A program made the translations under genes and the position numbers. Below, in pieces: positions 35,754 to 49,061 of a DNA stretch of 64,000 nucleotides. The stretch comes from Macrostomum lignano (lineage: Eukaryota), in the NCBI GenBank assembly GCA_002269645.1, contig NIVC01000176.1:496001-560000 (forward strand), given 5' to 3'. The notes below the pieces were generated by a model that saw nothing but the letters and a program-made list of their open reading frames with translations, ran no database searches and was not told the DNA's origin. The first letter of the stretch is position 1, and every line of letters begins with the position of its first letter.

Positions 35754-36374
35754 TTGGCGCATTCATTAATTTATTGATTATTACATAATTTACTAATTGT
35801 AAGCAATTCATAATTATTCACTTTGTCTGCGTTTTCTATCAGTCTGTTTCTGTTTGGTTAGTGTTTTTGGCCGTAGTAAATAATTGAAAAAAAACGTTGG
35901 ATTCCAGCATAAGAAAAAATGCTTTTCAACTACTTACTCGTACAGTTCAGTAGAATCCCCCCCTAGTTTAACCGACTGTTAGAGAGCTTGTAAAAAATTA
36001 GGTAAAAACGTCATTTTTAATAAGCAGTTATCCGACTGCCACTCTTCAACCAGCCCGCAATTCAAGAAAGAATACCCATTCTGCTGTTAGCTAATATGAC
36101 CTGATTGCGCTTTTAATAATTAAAACAATAATCATAATACCTATTAATATGATGCTGGTTTAAATATTATTATTTTCTCCAGTGTCCAGTTTAAACCGGT
36201 TTCACCCGCCCTGTCGTTGCGCTCTGGTAAATAATTTCTCTCATTGTGCGTGTGTGTGTGCGCGCCTTTGACTTTGTTCTTTTAATTCATTGTAATTGGT
36301 CTGTTGTGTGGTCTTGTTCCAACCCCCCCCCCAGCCACCAACTGCCGCCTCCACTGATGGTTAAGAGGGCTCGA

Positions 36375-37095
36375 AGTCCCCGTCAGCTCCACTGTCAGTC
36401 CCTGTCAGCTCCAGCGTCAGCTCCACTGTCAGTCCCTGTCAACTCCACTGTCAGTCCCCGTCAGCTCCCCTGTCAGCTCCACTGTCAGTCCCTGTCAGCT
36501 TCAGCGTCAGCTCTACTGTCAGTCCCTGTCAGCTCTACTGTCAGTCCCTGTCAGCTCCAGTGTCAGCTCCACTGTCAGTCCCCGTCAGCTCCCCTGTCAG
36601 CTCCAGTGTCAGCTCCACTGTCAGTCCCCGTCAGCTCCAGTGTCAGCTCCACTGTCAGTCCCTGTCAGCTCCAGTGTCAGCTCCACTGTCAGTCCCTGTC
36701 AGCTCCAGCGTCAGCTCCACTGTCAGTCCCTGTCAACTCCACTGTCAGTCCCCGTCAGCTCCCCTGTCAGCTCCACTGTCAGTCCCTGTCAGCTTCAGCG
36801 TCAGCTCTACTGTCAGTCCCTGTCAGCTCTACTGTCAGTCCCTGTCAGCTCCAGTGTCAGCTCCACTGTCAGTCCCCGTCAGCTCCCCTGTCAGCTCCAG
36901 TGTCAGCTCCACTGTCAGTCCCCGTCAGCTCCAGTGTCAGCTCCACTGTCAGTCCCTGTCAGCTCCAGTGTCAGCTCCACTGTCAGTCCCCGTCAGCTCC
37001 CCTGTCAGCTCCACTGTCAGTCCCCGTCAGCTCCAGTGTCAGTCCTCGTCAGCTCCACTGCCAGTCCCCATCAGCTCACTCTCAGTCCCACTGTC
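36375..37095. repeat. GTCAG-based minisatellite (CAGCTCCACTGTCAGTCCCTGT) with ~300-bp higher-order duplication
   Basis: Built from 10-12-nt submonomers. It probably lies in a CHMP1 5'UTR intron (candidate donor 36227, acceptor 37196). Confidence 0.95.
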
Positions 37096-37232
37096 AGTTA
37101 ATTGAAAACACCAATTAGATGAATGAGGTACAGTCTATTTACATAACCGTAGGTATTACTATCAGTAGCTGATAAAATGAGTAATGATTTTTACAGCGAG
37201 CTGACCTGCCACCTCCCCGAAGCGAATTATTC

Positions 37233-38591
37233 ATGGACAAGCATCTGTTCAATTTGAAATTAGCCGCCAAAGATTTGGAACGCAACGCTAAGCAGTGCGA
37301 TCGAAGCGAGGCAGCCGAGCGAGTCAAACTGCGCAACGCTATGCTAAAGGGCAGCATGGACGCTGCCCAGATACACGCCGAGAATGCTATTAGGCAGCGT
37401 AATCAGGCGCTTAGTTATCGGCGAATGGGCGCCAGGATTGACGCAGTGACTAGCAGAGTGCAGACTGCTATCACCACGAAACAGGCAAGCTAGATATTAA
37501 AGATCTAGATATCATTAAAGAATGCTGTTGGATACAATCCAATTAGATGTTAGATATGGACACTTTATGATAGATTACACGATATTGAATCGAGGTGTTA
37601 AATATGTTAGACACCGTAGAATCACGGTGTGTTGGACATGTTAGACATCGTATAATCAGAGTATGTTAGACATGTTAGACACCGTATAATCAGGGTGTGT
37701 TAGAAATGTTAGAAATCGTATAATCAGGGTGTGTTAGACATGTTAGACACCATGGAATCAGGTGTGTTAGACACCAGGGAATCAGGGTGTGTTAGACATG
37801 TTAGACACCAGGGAATCAGGGTGTGTTAGACATGTTAGACACCAGGGAATCAGAGTGTGTTAGACACCAGGGAATCAGGGTGTGTTAGACACCAGGGAAT
37901 CGGGGTGTGTTAGACATGTTAGACACCATGGAATCAGGGTGTATTAGACATGTTAGACACCAGGGAATCGGGGTGTGTTAGACATGTTAGACACCATGGA
38001 ATCAGGGTGTGTTAGACATGTTAGACACCAGGGAATCAGAGTGTGTTAGACATGTTAGACACCATGGAATAGAGGTGTCAGAAATGTCGGGCACTCTGAA
38101 ACAATGTCAGCTCCATCATCCAATCGCTGTCACGTGACACCCCGCAGGTCACGGGCAGCATGTCAGGCGTAGTGAAAGGCATGGAGGCGGCCATGCGCAG
38201 CATGAACCTTGAACAGATGTCCAAGCTGATGGAAAAATTCGAACGCGAATTCGAACACCTGGACGTCCAGTCGCGAGTTATGGACGACACGATGGCTAAT
38301 GCGTCTACTCTGTCGACACCGCAGGCGGAGGTCGATTCGCTGATACAGCAGTCGGCTGATGAAGCCGGCATCGAGCTCAGGCAGCAGCTTCCGGATAGCG
38401 GCAAAGCCGCTCCCGTTGGAACCTCCACCGTCAGCAGCGAACAGGTTTTTTAGAGCTTTTCTTTGCTTTTTTCAAATAAAGTTCTTTCTCCTACTGTAAG
38501 TAGTGCAGCTGAAGCATGTATTGCATGTACGAAATATGCTTTTTTCCAGGACGAACTGACTCAACGCTTGGCCGCTCTCAGGCACAAATGA
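37233..38591 (+). CDS. CHMP1B: ESCRT-III subunit CHMP1 (CHMP1B/Did2-like, 196 aa)
   Basis: Exons 37233-37484, 38148-38444 and 38550-38591. Sequence reads MDKHLFNLKLAAKDLERNAKQC...IHAENAIRQRNQA...QTAITTKQ|VTGSMSGVVKGM...EQ|DELTQRLAALRHK, colinear with CHMP1 family proteins. The A/B paralogue assignment is tentative. Confidence 0.95.
37595..38070. repeat. ~34-bp minisatellite (GTGTGTTAGACATGTTAGACACCAGGGAATCAGG) in CHMP1 intron 1
   Basis: Tandem copies become more degenerate toward the 5' side. Confidence 0.93.
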
Positions 38592-38869
38592 CCGAAGCTT
38601 CTGCGGCGCCATTCATCTTCAAGTCACAAACAGCAACTATAATTTCAATTCTACATTTTTGTTTGTTTTATTGGTATTATTTTCAATTAATTTGAGCTTT
38701 CATTTTCGAGTGATAAAACCAAATTGATTTTATAATATAAAGATTTTTGGTTTATACAATCAACTGTCAGTTTTTGACAGTTTCAGTTTTAATATAAAAT
38801 GAGTCCATTGTTGCTGTTATCTGCCTTCGTTATTGCGGTCTTTATTATTGCTTCATTATTGCTTTATTT

Positions 38870-41800
38870 GACTGACAAGATGTCATCTCTGAATCTGACA
38901 AGATGTCATTTCTAAATCTGACAAGATGTCATCTCTGAATCTGACAAGATGTCATCTCTGAATCTGACAAGATGTCATCTCTGAACCTGGTCAGCACTAA
39001 CTAACAAGATGTCATCTCTGAATCTGACAAGATGTCATCTCTGAGTCTGGTCAGCACTAACTGACAAGATGTCATCTCTAAATCTGACAAGATGTCATCT
39101 CTGAATCTGACAAGATGTCATCTCTGAATCTGACAAGATGTCATCTCTGAATCTGACAAGATGTCATCTCTGAATCTGGTCAGCACTAACTGACAAGATG
39201 TCATCTCTGAATCTGACAAGATGTCATCTCTGAGTCTGGTCAGCACTAACTGACAAGATGTCATCTCTAAATCTGACAAGATGTCATCTCTGAATCTGAC
39301 AAGATGTCATCTCTGAATCTGGTCAGCACTAACTGACAAGATGTCATCTCTGAATCTGACAAGATGTCATCTCTGAGTCTGGTCAGCACTAACTGACAAG
39401 ATGTCATCTCTGAATCTGACAAGATGTCATCTCTGAATCTGGTCAGCACTAACTGACAAGATGTCATCTTTGAATCTGACAAGATGTCATCTCTGAATCT
39501 GGTCAGCACTAACTGAAAAGATGTCATCTCTAAATCTGACAAGATGTCATCTCTGAATCTGTTCAGCACTAACTGACAAGATGTCATCTCTAAATCTGAC
39601 AAGATGTCATCTCTGAATCTGTTCAGCACTAACTGACAAGATGTCATCTCTGAATCTGACAAGATGTCATCTCTGAATCTGGTCAGCACTAACTGACAAG
39701 ATGTCATCTCTAAATCTGACAAGATGTCATCTCTAAATCTGACAAGATGTCATCTCTGAATCTGTTCAGCACTAACTGACAAGATGTCATCTCTGAATCT
39801 GGTCATCTCTGAATCTGACAAGATGTCATCCCTGAATCTGGCATGATGTCATCTCTGAATCTGACAAGATGTCATCTCTGAATCTGGTCAGCACTAACTG
39901 ATAAGATGTCATCTCTAAATCTGACAAGATTTCATCTCTGAATCTGGTCAGCACTAACTGAAAAGATGTCATCTTTAAATCTGACAAGATGTCATCTCTG
40001 AATCTGTTCAGCACTAACTGACAAGATGTCATCTCTAAATCTGACAAGATGTCATCTCTGAATCTGTTCAGCACTAACTGACAAGATGTCATCTCTGAAT
40101 CTGACAAGATGTCATCTCTGAATCTGTTCAGCACTAACTGACAAGATGTCATCTCTGAATCTGGTCATCTCTGAATCTGACAAGATGTCATCCCTGAATC
40201 TGGTCAGAACTAACTGACAAGATGTCATCTCTGAATCTGACAAGATGTCATCTCTGAATCTGGTCAGCACTAACTGATAAGATGTCATCTCTAAATCTGA
40301 CAAGATTTCATCTCTGAATCTGGTCAGCACTAACTGAAAAGATGTCATCTCTAAATCTGACAAGATGTCATCTCTGAATCTGACAAGATGTCATCTCTGA
40401 ATCTGACAAGATGTCATCTCTGAATCTGGTCAGCACTAACTGACAAGATGTCATCTCTGAATCTGACAAGATGTCATCTCTGAGTCTGGTCAGCACTAAC
40501 TGACAAGATGTCATCTCTAAATCTGACAAGATGTCATCTCTGAATCTGACAAGATGTCATCTCTGAATCTGGTCAGCACTAACTGACAAGATGTCATCTC
40601 TGAATCTGACAAGATGTCATCTCTGAGTCTGGTCAGCACTAACTGACAAGATGTCATCTCTGAATCTGACAAGATGTCATCTCTGAATCTGGTCAGCACT
40701 AACTGACAAGATGTCATCTTTGAATCTGACAAGATGTCATCTCTGAATCTGGTCAGCACTAACTGACAAGATTTCATCTCTAAATCTGACAAGATGTCAT
40801 CTCTGAATCTGTTCAGCACTAACTGACAAGATGTCATCTCTGAATCTGACAAGATGTCATCTCTGAATCTGACAAGATGTCATCTCTGAATCTGGTCAGC
40901 ACTAACTGACAAGATGTCATCTCTAAATCTGACAAGATGTCATCTCTAAATCTGACAAGATGTCATCTCTGAATCTGTTCAGCACTAACTGACAAGATGT
41001 CATCTCTAAATCTGACAAGATGTCATCTCTGAATCTGTTCAGCACTAACTGACAAGATGTCATCTCTGAATCTGACAAGATGTCATCTCTAAATCTGACA
41101 AGATGTCATCTCTGAATATGACAAGATGCCATCTCTGAATCTGGTCAGCACTAACTGACAAGATTTCATCTCTAAATCTGACAAGATGTCATCTCTAAAT
41201 CTGACAAGATGTCATCTCTGAATCTGTTCAGCACTAACTGACAAGATGTCATCTCTAAATCTGACAAGATGTCATCTCTGAATCTGTTCAGCACTAACTG
41301 ACAAGATGTCATCTCTGAATCTGACAAGATGTCATCTCTGAATCTGACAAGATGTCATCTCTGAATCTGGTCAGCACTAACTGACAAGATGTCATCTCTA
41401 AATCTGACAAGATATCATCTCTGAATCTGTTCAGCACTAACTGACAAGATGTCATCTCTGAATCTGACAAGATGTCATCTCTGAATCTGACAAGATGTCA
41501 TCTCTGAATCTGGTCAGCACTAACTGACAAGATGTCATCTCTAAATCTGACAAGATGTCATCTCTAAATCTGACAAGATGTCATCTCTGAATCTGTTCAG
41601 CACTAACTGACAAGATGTCATCTCTGAATCTGACAAGATGTCATCTCTGAATCTGACAAGATGTCATCTCTGAATCTGGTCAGCACTAACTGACAAGATG
41701 TCATCTCTAAATCTGACAAGATATCATCTCTGAATCTGTTCAGCACTAACTGACAAGATGTCATCTCTGAATCTGACAAGATGTCATCTCTGAATCTGAC

Positions 41801-44285
41801 AAGATGTCATCTCTGAATCTGGTCAGCACTAACTGACAAGATGTCATCTCTAAATCTGACAGGATGTCATCTCTAAATCTGACAAGATGTCATCTCTGAA
41901 TATGTTCAGCACTAACTGACAAGATGTCATCTCTGAATCTGGTCATCTCTGAATCTGACAAGATGTCATCCCTGAATCTGGCATGATGTCATCTCTGAAT
42001 CTGACAAGATGTCATCTCTGAATCTGGTCAGCACTAACTGAAAAGATGTCATCTCTAAATCTGACAAGATGTCATCTCTGAATCTGTTCAGCACTAACTG
42101 ACAAGATGTCATCTCTGAATCTGGTCAGAACTAACTGACAAGATGTCATCTCTAAATCTGACAAGATGTCATCTCTGAATCTGTTCAGCACTAACTGACA
42201 AGATGTCATCTCTGAATCTGACAAGATGTCATCTCTGAATCTGACAAGATGTCATCTCTGAATCTGACAAGATGTCATCTCTGAATCTGGTCAGCACTAA
42301 CTGACAAGATGTCATCTCTAAATCTGACAAGATATCATCTCTGAATCTGTTCAGCACTAACTGACAAGATGTCATCTCTGAATCTGACAAGATGTCATCT
42401 CTGAATCTGACAAGATGTCATCTCTGAATCTGGTCAGCACTAACTGACAAGATGTCATCTCTAAATCTGACAAGATGTCATCTCTAAATCTGACAAGATG
42501 TCATCTCTGAATCTGTTCAGCACTAACTGACAAGATGTCATCTCTGAATCTGGTCATCTCTGAATCTGACAAGATGTCATCCCTGAATCTGGCATGATGT
42601 CATCTCTGAATCTGACAAGATGTCATCTCTGAATCTGGTCAGCACTAACTGAAAAGATGTCATCTCTAAATCTGACAAGATATCATCTCTGAATCTGTTC
42701 AGCACTAACTGACAAGATGTCATCTCTGAATCTGGTCAGAACTAACTGACAAGATGTCATCTCTAAATCTGACAGGATGTCATCTCTGAATCTGTTCAGC
42801 ACTAACTGACAAGATGTCATCTCTGAATCTGACAAGATGTCATCTCTGAATCTGGTCAGCACTAACTGACAAGATGTCATCTCTAAATCTGACAAGATGT
42901 CATCTCTGAATCTGTTCAGCACTAACTGAAAAGATGTCATCTCTAAATCTGACAAGATGTCATCTCTGAATCTGTTCAGCACTAACTGACAAGATGTCAT
43001 CTCTGAATCTGGTCAGAACTAACTGACAAGATGTCATCTCTAAATCTGACAGGATGTCATCTCTGAATCTGTTCAGCACTAACTGACAAGATGTCATCTC
43101 TGAATCTGACAAGATGTCATCTCTGAATCTGACAAGATGTCATCTCTGAATCTGGTCAGCACTAACTGACAAGATGTCATCTCTAAATCTGACAAGATAT
43201 CATCTCTGAATCTGTTCAGCACTAACTGACAAGATGTCATCTCTGAATCTGGTCATCTCTGAATCTGACAAGATGTCATCCCTGAATCTGGTCAGAACTA
43301 ACTGACAAGATGTCATCTCTGAATCTGACAAGATGTCATCTCTGAATCTGGTCAGCACTAACTGACAAGATGTCATCTCTAAATCTGACAAGATGTCATC
43401 TCTGAATCTGGTCAGCACTAACTGACAAGATGTCATCTCTAAATCTGACAAGATGTCATCTCTGAATCTGTTCAGCACTAACTGACAAGATGTCATCTCT
43501 AAATCTGACAAGATGTCATCTCTGAATCTGTTCAGCACTAACTGACAAGATGTCATCTCTGAATCTGACAAGATGTCATCTCTGAATCTGACAAGATGTC
43601 ATCTCTGAATCTGGTCAGCACTAACTGACAAGATGTCATCTCTAAATCTGACAAGATGTCATCTCTAAATCTGACAAGATGTCATCTCTGAATCTGTTCA
43701 GCACTAACTGACAAGATGTCATCTCTGAATCTGGTCATCTCTGAATCTGACAAGATGTCATCCCTGAATCTGGCATGATGTCATCTCTGAATCTGACAAG
43801 ATGTCATCTCTGAATCTGGTCAGCACTAACTGATAAGATGTCATCTCTAAATCTGACAAGATTTCATCTCTGAATCTGGTCAGCACTAACTGAAAAGATG
43901 TCATCTTTAAATCTGACAAGATGTCATCTCTGAATCTGTTCAGCACTAACTGACAAGATGTCATCTCTAAATCTGACAAGATGTCATCTCTGAATCTGTT
44001 CAGCACTAACTGACAAGATGTCATCTCTGAATCTGACAAGATGTCATCTCTGAATCTGGTCAGCACTAACTGATAAGATGTCATCTCTAAATCTGACAAG
44101 ATTTCATCTCTGAATCTGGTCAGCACTAACTGAAAAGATGTCATCTCTAAATCTGACAAGATGTCATCTCTGAATCTGACAAGATGTCATCTCTGAATCT
44201 GACAAGATGTCATCTCTGAATCTGGTCAGCACTAACTGACAAGATGTCATCTCTGAATCTGGTGAGCACTGACTGACAAGATTTG
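38870..44285. repeat. 5.4-kb satellite of interspersed 23-bp (TCTGACAAGATGTCATCTCTGAA) and 37-bp (+GGTCAGCACTAAC-type insert) monomers
   Basis: Directly visible. The common 23+37=60-bp dimer explains the 20-aa periodic ORFs. Confidence 0.98.
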
Positions 44286-44944
44286 AATTGCTGACATTTT
44301 GAGAAGGCGAACATGAAGTGCTGCTCTCTGCATCCCCAGCTGCACTTGTGTATCAGTTTTGCTTCGCACTTCAAGCTGGCCACTCAGACTGTGCTAAAGT
44401 TATGAAGATATTATTTAATAAAGCTAAAAAATTCTTCAACACGGAGAAAGATCGGGGGGCTGCCTTTTCACTCTGTTTGATCGTTAGCATAGATTTGCTA
44501 CACTTCTGCGAAAAAATATAAATATAACATTTTTTTAAAACTGCTCAGCTAATATTAATGGTTTTAAAAGCTCTGATACCTGCGGCGCGGTGCGAAGGCC
44601 TATCACGCATTTTCTGAGCCGAGCCGGAGAGGTTGGTTCAATTATTGTTTGAGAAAAAAATCCGGCTCCAAGGAGGCAACGCTAATTGGCTTCTGCTTTG
44701 CTCGGGTCTGGCAGTGCTGCAGTTGATTATATTTTTGCCTGCATACCTGTGCTCCGTGCACTTGCCCGCATTTCAAATATAGGCATGAAAATTGGGCCGG
44801 CCTGGCACAGTTTTGCGTATCAAAATTATAAGTTGCTGCTGAGACAGCAGACTGTGGGAGAACTTTGTGGATTCAATTAATCTCGGTCTTATAACAGCAT
44901 CTTCTGTTGTTCTGCTTTTTCAAGTAAGTCACGTGATGCAGACA

Positions 44945-47900
44945 GTAGATTAGCAATCTACTATATCATTATCCATGTTGTCTCTAGATTAGCAATCCAT
45001 TATATCACTATCTATGTAGTCTCTAGATTAGCAATACATTATATCACTATCTATGTAGTCTCTAGATTAGCAATCCATTATATCACTATCTATGTAGTCT
45101 CTAGATTAGCAATCCATGTGGTCTCTAGATTAGCGATCCATGTTGTCTCTAGATTAGCAATCTAATGTCTAGATTAGCAATCCATGTGGTCTCTAGATTA
45201 GCGATCCATGTTGTCTCTAGATTAGCAATCTAGTGTCTAGATTAGCAATCTAGTGTCTAGATTAGCAATCCATGTGGTCTCTAGATAAGCAATCCATGTA
45301 GTCTCTAGATTAGCAATCCATGTGGTCTCTAGATTAGCAACCCATGTAGTCTCTAGATTAGCAATCCATGTTGTCTCTAGATTAGCAATCCATTATATCA
45401 CTATCCATGTAGTCTCTAGATTAGCAATCCATGTTGTCTGTAGATTAGCAATCCATTTTATCACTATCTATGTAGTCTCTAGATTAGCAATCCATGTGGT
45501 CTCTAGATTAGCGATCCATGTTGTCTCTAGATTATCAATCTAGTGTCTAGATTGGCAATCCATGTGGTCTCTAGATTAGCAATCCATTATATCACTGTAT
45601 TTATGTAGTCTCTAGATTAGCAATCCATGTAGTCTCTAGACTAGCAATCCATTTAGTGTCTAGATTAGCAATCCATTTAGTCTCTAGATTAGCAATCCAT
45701 TTAGTGTCTAGATTAGCAATCCATTTAGTCTCTTGATTAGCAATCCATTTAGTCTCTAGATTAGCAATCCATGTAGCATCTAGATTAGCAACCCATTATA
45801 TCACTGTTTCTATGTAGTCTCTAGATTAGCAATCCATTTAGTCTCTAGATTAGCAATCCATGTAGCATCTAGATTAGCAATCCATTATATCACTGTATCT
45901 ATGTAGTCTCTAGATTAGCAATCCATGTAGTCTCTAGATTAGCAATCCATTAATCTCTAGATTAGCAATCCATTTAGCCTCTTAGATTAGCGACCCATGT
46001 AGTCTTCCATTTAGTCTCTAGATTAGCAATCCATTTAGTCTTTAGATTAGCAATCCATGTGGTCTCTAGATTAGCAATCCATGTGGTCTCTAGATTAGCA
46101 ATCCATGTGGTCTCTAGATTCTCTAGATTAGCAATCCATTTAGTCTCTAGATTAGCAATCCATTTAGTCTCTAGATTAGCAATCCATTTAGTCTCTAGAT
46201 TAGCAATCCATTTAGTCTCTAGATTAGCAATCCATTTAGTCTCTAGATTAGCAATCCATTTAGTCTCTAGATTAGCAATCCATTTAGTCTCTAGATTAGC
46301 AATCCATTTAGTCTCTAGATTAGCAATCCATTTAGTCTCTAGATTAGCAATCCATTTAGTGTCTAGATTAGCAATCCATTTAGTCTCTTGATTAGCAATC
46401 CATGTAGCATCTAGATTAGCAACCCATTATATCACTGTATCTATGTAGTCTCTAGATTAGCAATCCATTATATCACTGTATCTATGTAGTCTCTAGATTA
46501 GCAATCCATTTAGTCTCTAGATTAGCAATCCATGTAGCATCTAGATTAGCAATCCATTATATCACTGTATCTATGTAGTCTCTAGATTAGCAATCCATGT
46601 AGTCTCTAGATTAGCAATCCATTAATCTCTAGATTAGCAATCCATTTAGCCTCTTAGATTAGCGACCCATGTAGTCTTCCATTTAGTCTCTAGATTAGCG
46701 ACCCATGTAGTTTCTAGATTAGCAATCCATTTAGTCTCTAGATTAGCAATCCATTTAGTCTTTAGATTAGCAATCCATGTGGTCTCTAGATTAGCAATCC
46801 ATGTGGTCTCTAGATTAGCAATCCATGTGGTCTCTAGATTAGCAATCCATGTGGTCTCTAGATTAGCAATCCATGTGGTCTCTAGATTCTCTAGATTAGC
46901 AATCCATTTAGTCTCTAGATTAGCAATCCATTTAGTCTCTAGATTAGCAATCCATTTAGTCTCTAGATTAGCAATCCATTTAGTCTCTAGATTAGCAATC
47001 CATTTAGTCTCTAGATTAGCAATCCATTTAGTTTCTAGATTAGCAATCCATTTAGTCTCTAGATTAGCAATCCATTTAGTCTCTAGATTAGCAATCCATT
47101 TAGTCTCTAGATTAGCAATCCATTTAGTCTCTAGATTAGCAATCCATTTAGTCTCTAGATTAGCAATCCATTTAGTCTCTAGATTAGCAATCCATTTAGT
47201 CTCTAGATTAGCAATCCATTATATCACTATCTATGTAGTCTCTAGATTAGCAATCCATGTGGTCTCTAGATTAGCGATCCATGTTGTCTCTAGATTAGCA
47301 ATCTAGTGTCTAGATTAGCAATCCATGTGGTCTCTAGATTAGCGATCCATGTTGTCTCTAGATTAGCAATCTAGTGTCTAGATTAGCAATCCATGTAGTC
47401 TCTAGATTAGCAATCCATGTAGTCTCTAGATTAGCAATCCATGTGGTCTCTAGATTAGCAACCCATGTAGTCTCTAGATTAGCAATCCATGTTGTCTCTA
47501 GATTAGCAATCCATTATATCACTATCCATGTAGTCTCTAGATTAGCAATCCATGTTGTCTGTAGATTAGCAATCCATTTTATTACTATCTATGTAGTCTC
47601 TAGATTAGCAATCCATGTGGTCTCTAGATTAGCGATCCATGTTGTCTCTAGATTATCAATCTAGTGTCTAGATTGGCAATCCATGTGGTCTCTAGATTAG
47701 CAATCCATTTAGTCTCTAGATTAGCAATCCATTTAGTCTCTTGATTAGCAATCCATTTAGTCTCTAGATTAGCAATCCATGTAGCATCTAGATTAGCAAT
47801 CCATTATATCACTGTATCTATGTAGTCTCTAGATTAGCAATCTATGTAGTCTCCAGATTAGCAATCCATTTAGTGTCTAGATTAGCAATCCATTTAGTCT

Positions 47901-48282
47901 CTAGATTAGCAATCCATTTAGTGTCTAGATTAGCAATCCATTTAGTCTCTTGATTAGCAATCCATGTAGCATCTAGATTAGCAATCCATTATATCACTGT
48001 ATCTATGTAGTCTCTAGATTAGCAATCCATTTAGTCTCTAGATTAGCAATCCATGTAGCATCTAGATTAGCAATCCATGTAGCATCTAGATTAGCAATCC
48101 ATTATATCATTGTATCTATGTAGTCTCTAGATTAGCAATCCATGTAGCATCTAGATTAGCAATCCATTATATCACTGTATCTATGTAGTCTCTAGATTAG
48201 CAATCCATGTAGTCTCTAGATTAGCAATCCATGTAGTCTCTAGATTAGCAATCCATTAATCTCTAGATTAGCAATCCATTTA
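44945..48282. repeat. 3.3-kb array with constant core TCTAGATTAGCAATCCAT and variable linkers (mostly a 24-bp unit)
   Basis: The core repeats more than 100 times. Blocks around 45322 and 47443 are duplicated ~2.1 kb apart. Confidence 0.97.
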
Positions 48283-49061
48283 AGGTCATGCTGGCTGCAG
48301 ATTAACAATGTATTCCAAAATAAAATCCCTTTAATTGAACAAATATTTCCCATACGAGCGTATGTGTTTTTCCGCTTTTGAGCCAGCGAAATCGTATCTC
48401 GCCCATCACCCCCCCCCACTGTTTCTCTTTTGATCGCGAGATCCGCATGCTATCAACAACTGTCATTTTCGCATGCTTCAGGCGAATCTTCTAGCGGCCA
48501 GTCTCTTTTATTATTTTTTGCCCGCAATCGTCTTCTGCTTGGCTGCTGCTGGCTGTATCCGGGGGACCGCGGGAGGGCTGCCTGTTCCGCTCGAACTCTC
48601 CTTTTTTGCGCGCCGAGTTCGACTGAGAAGCGAGTTGGGGGGGGGGGGGGGGCTAAACTCGGGGGCCGCCGGTTTGTGAAAACGTTGTCAGTTAAAGAAA
48701 ATCTTCGCTTTTTAGTCTGGCATGGAAACTGGCTTTGTGCCCGGATCCGTCATCCAGCACAAAGCGGAGCAGATTTATAGCAGCGCAGAGTTCGTGTCAA
48801 ATGTTGGCCTGCACCTGTCAATCACACACTGTGGATGGCCGGCTTGGGGTTGGTACAATTGATAATCCTTCATGTCTGTATTTTGCTCTGGCTAGCGGAT
48901 GGGCATCCCATGAGTGACTGATGGGCCACAGGCAGGCGAGATCAAATAACGTGAGATTCTATAATAAAATATGCGTAGAATAACCAAATTCCTATGCGTT
49001 AGGGAATCATTATAAGCCTGACTTTTAGTAACTAAACACTACTCTTCTACATGTAGGATTA

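Noticed and set aside
35302-35811. Overlapping alternative-frame and antisense ORFs over U1-70K exon 3
   Set aside because: By-products of the GC-rich GACCGG (Asp-Arg) repeat coding sequence.
44945-48282. CRISPR-like appearance (constant core plus variable linkers)
   Set aside because: Linkers are short and recur many times, the context is eukaryotic and intron-containing, and no cas genes are present.
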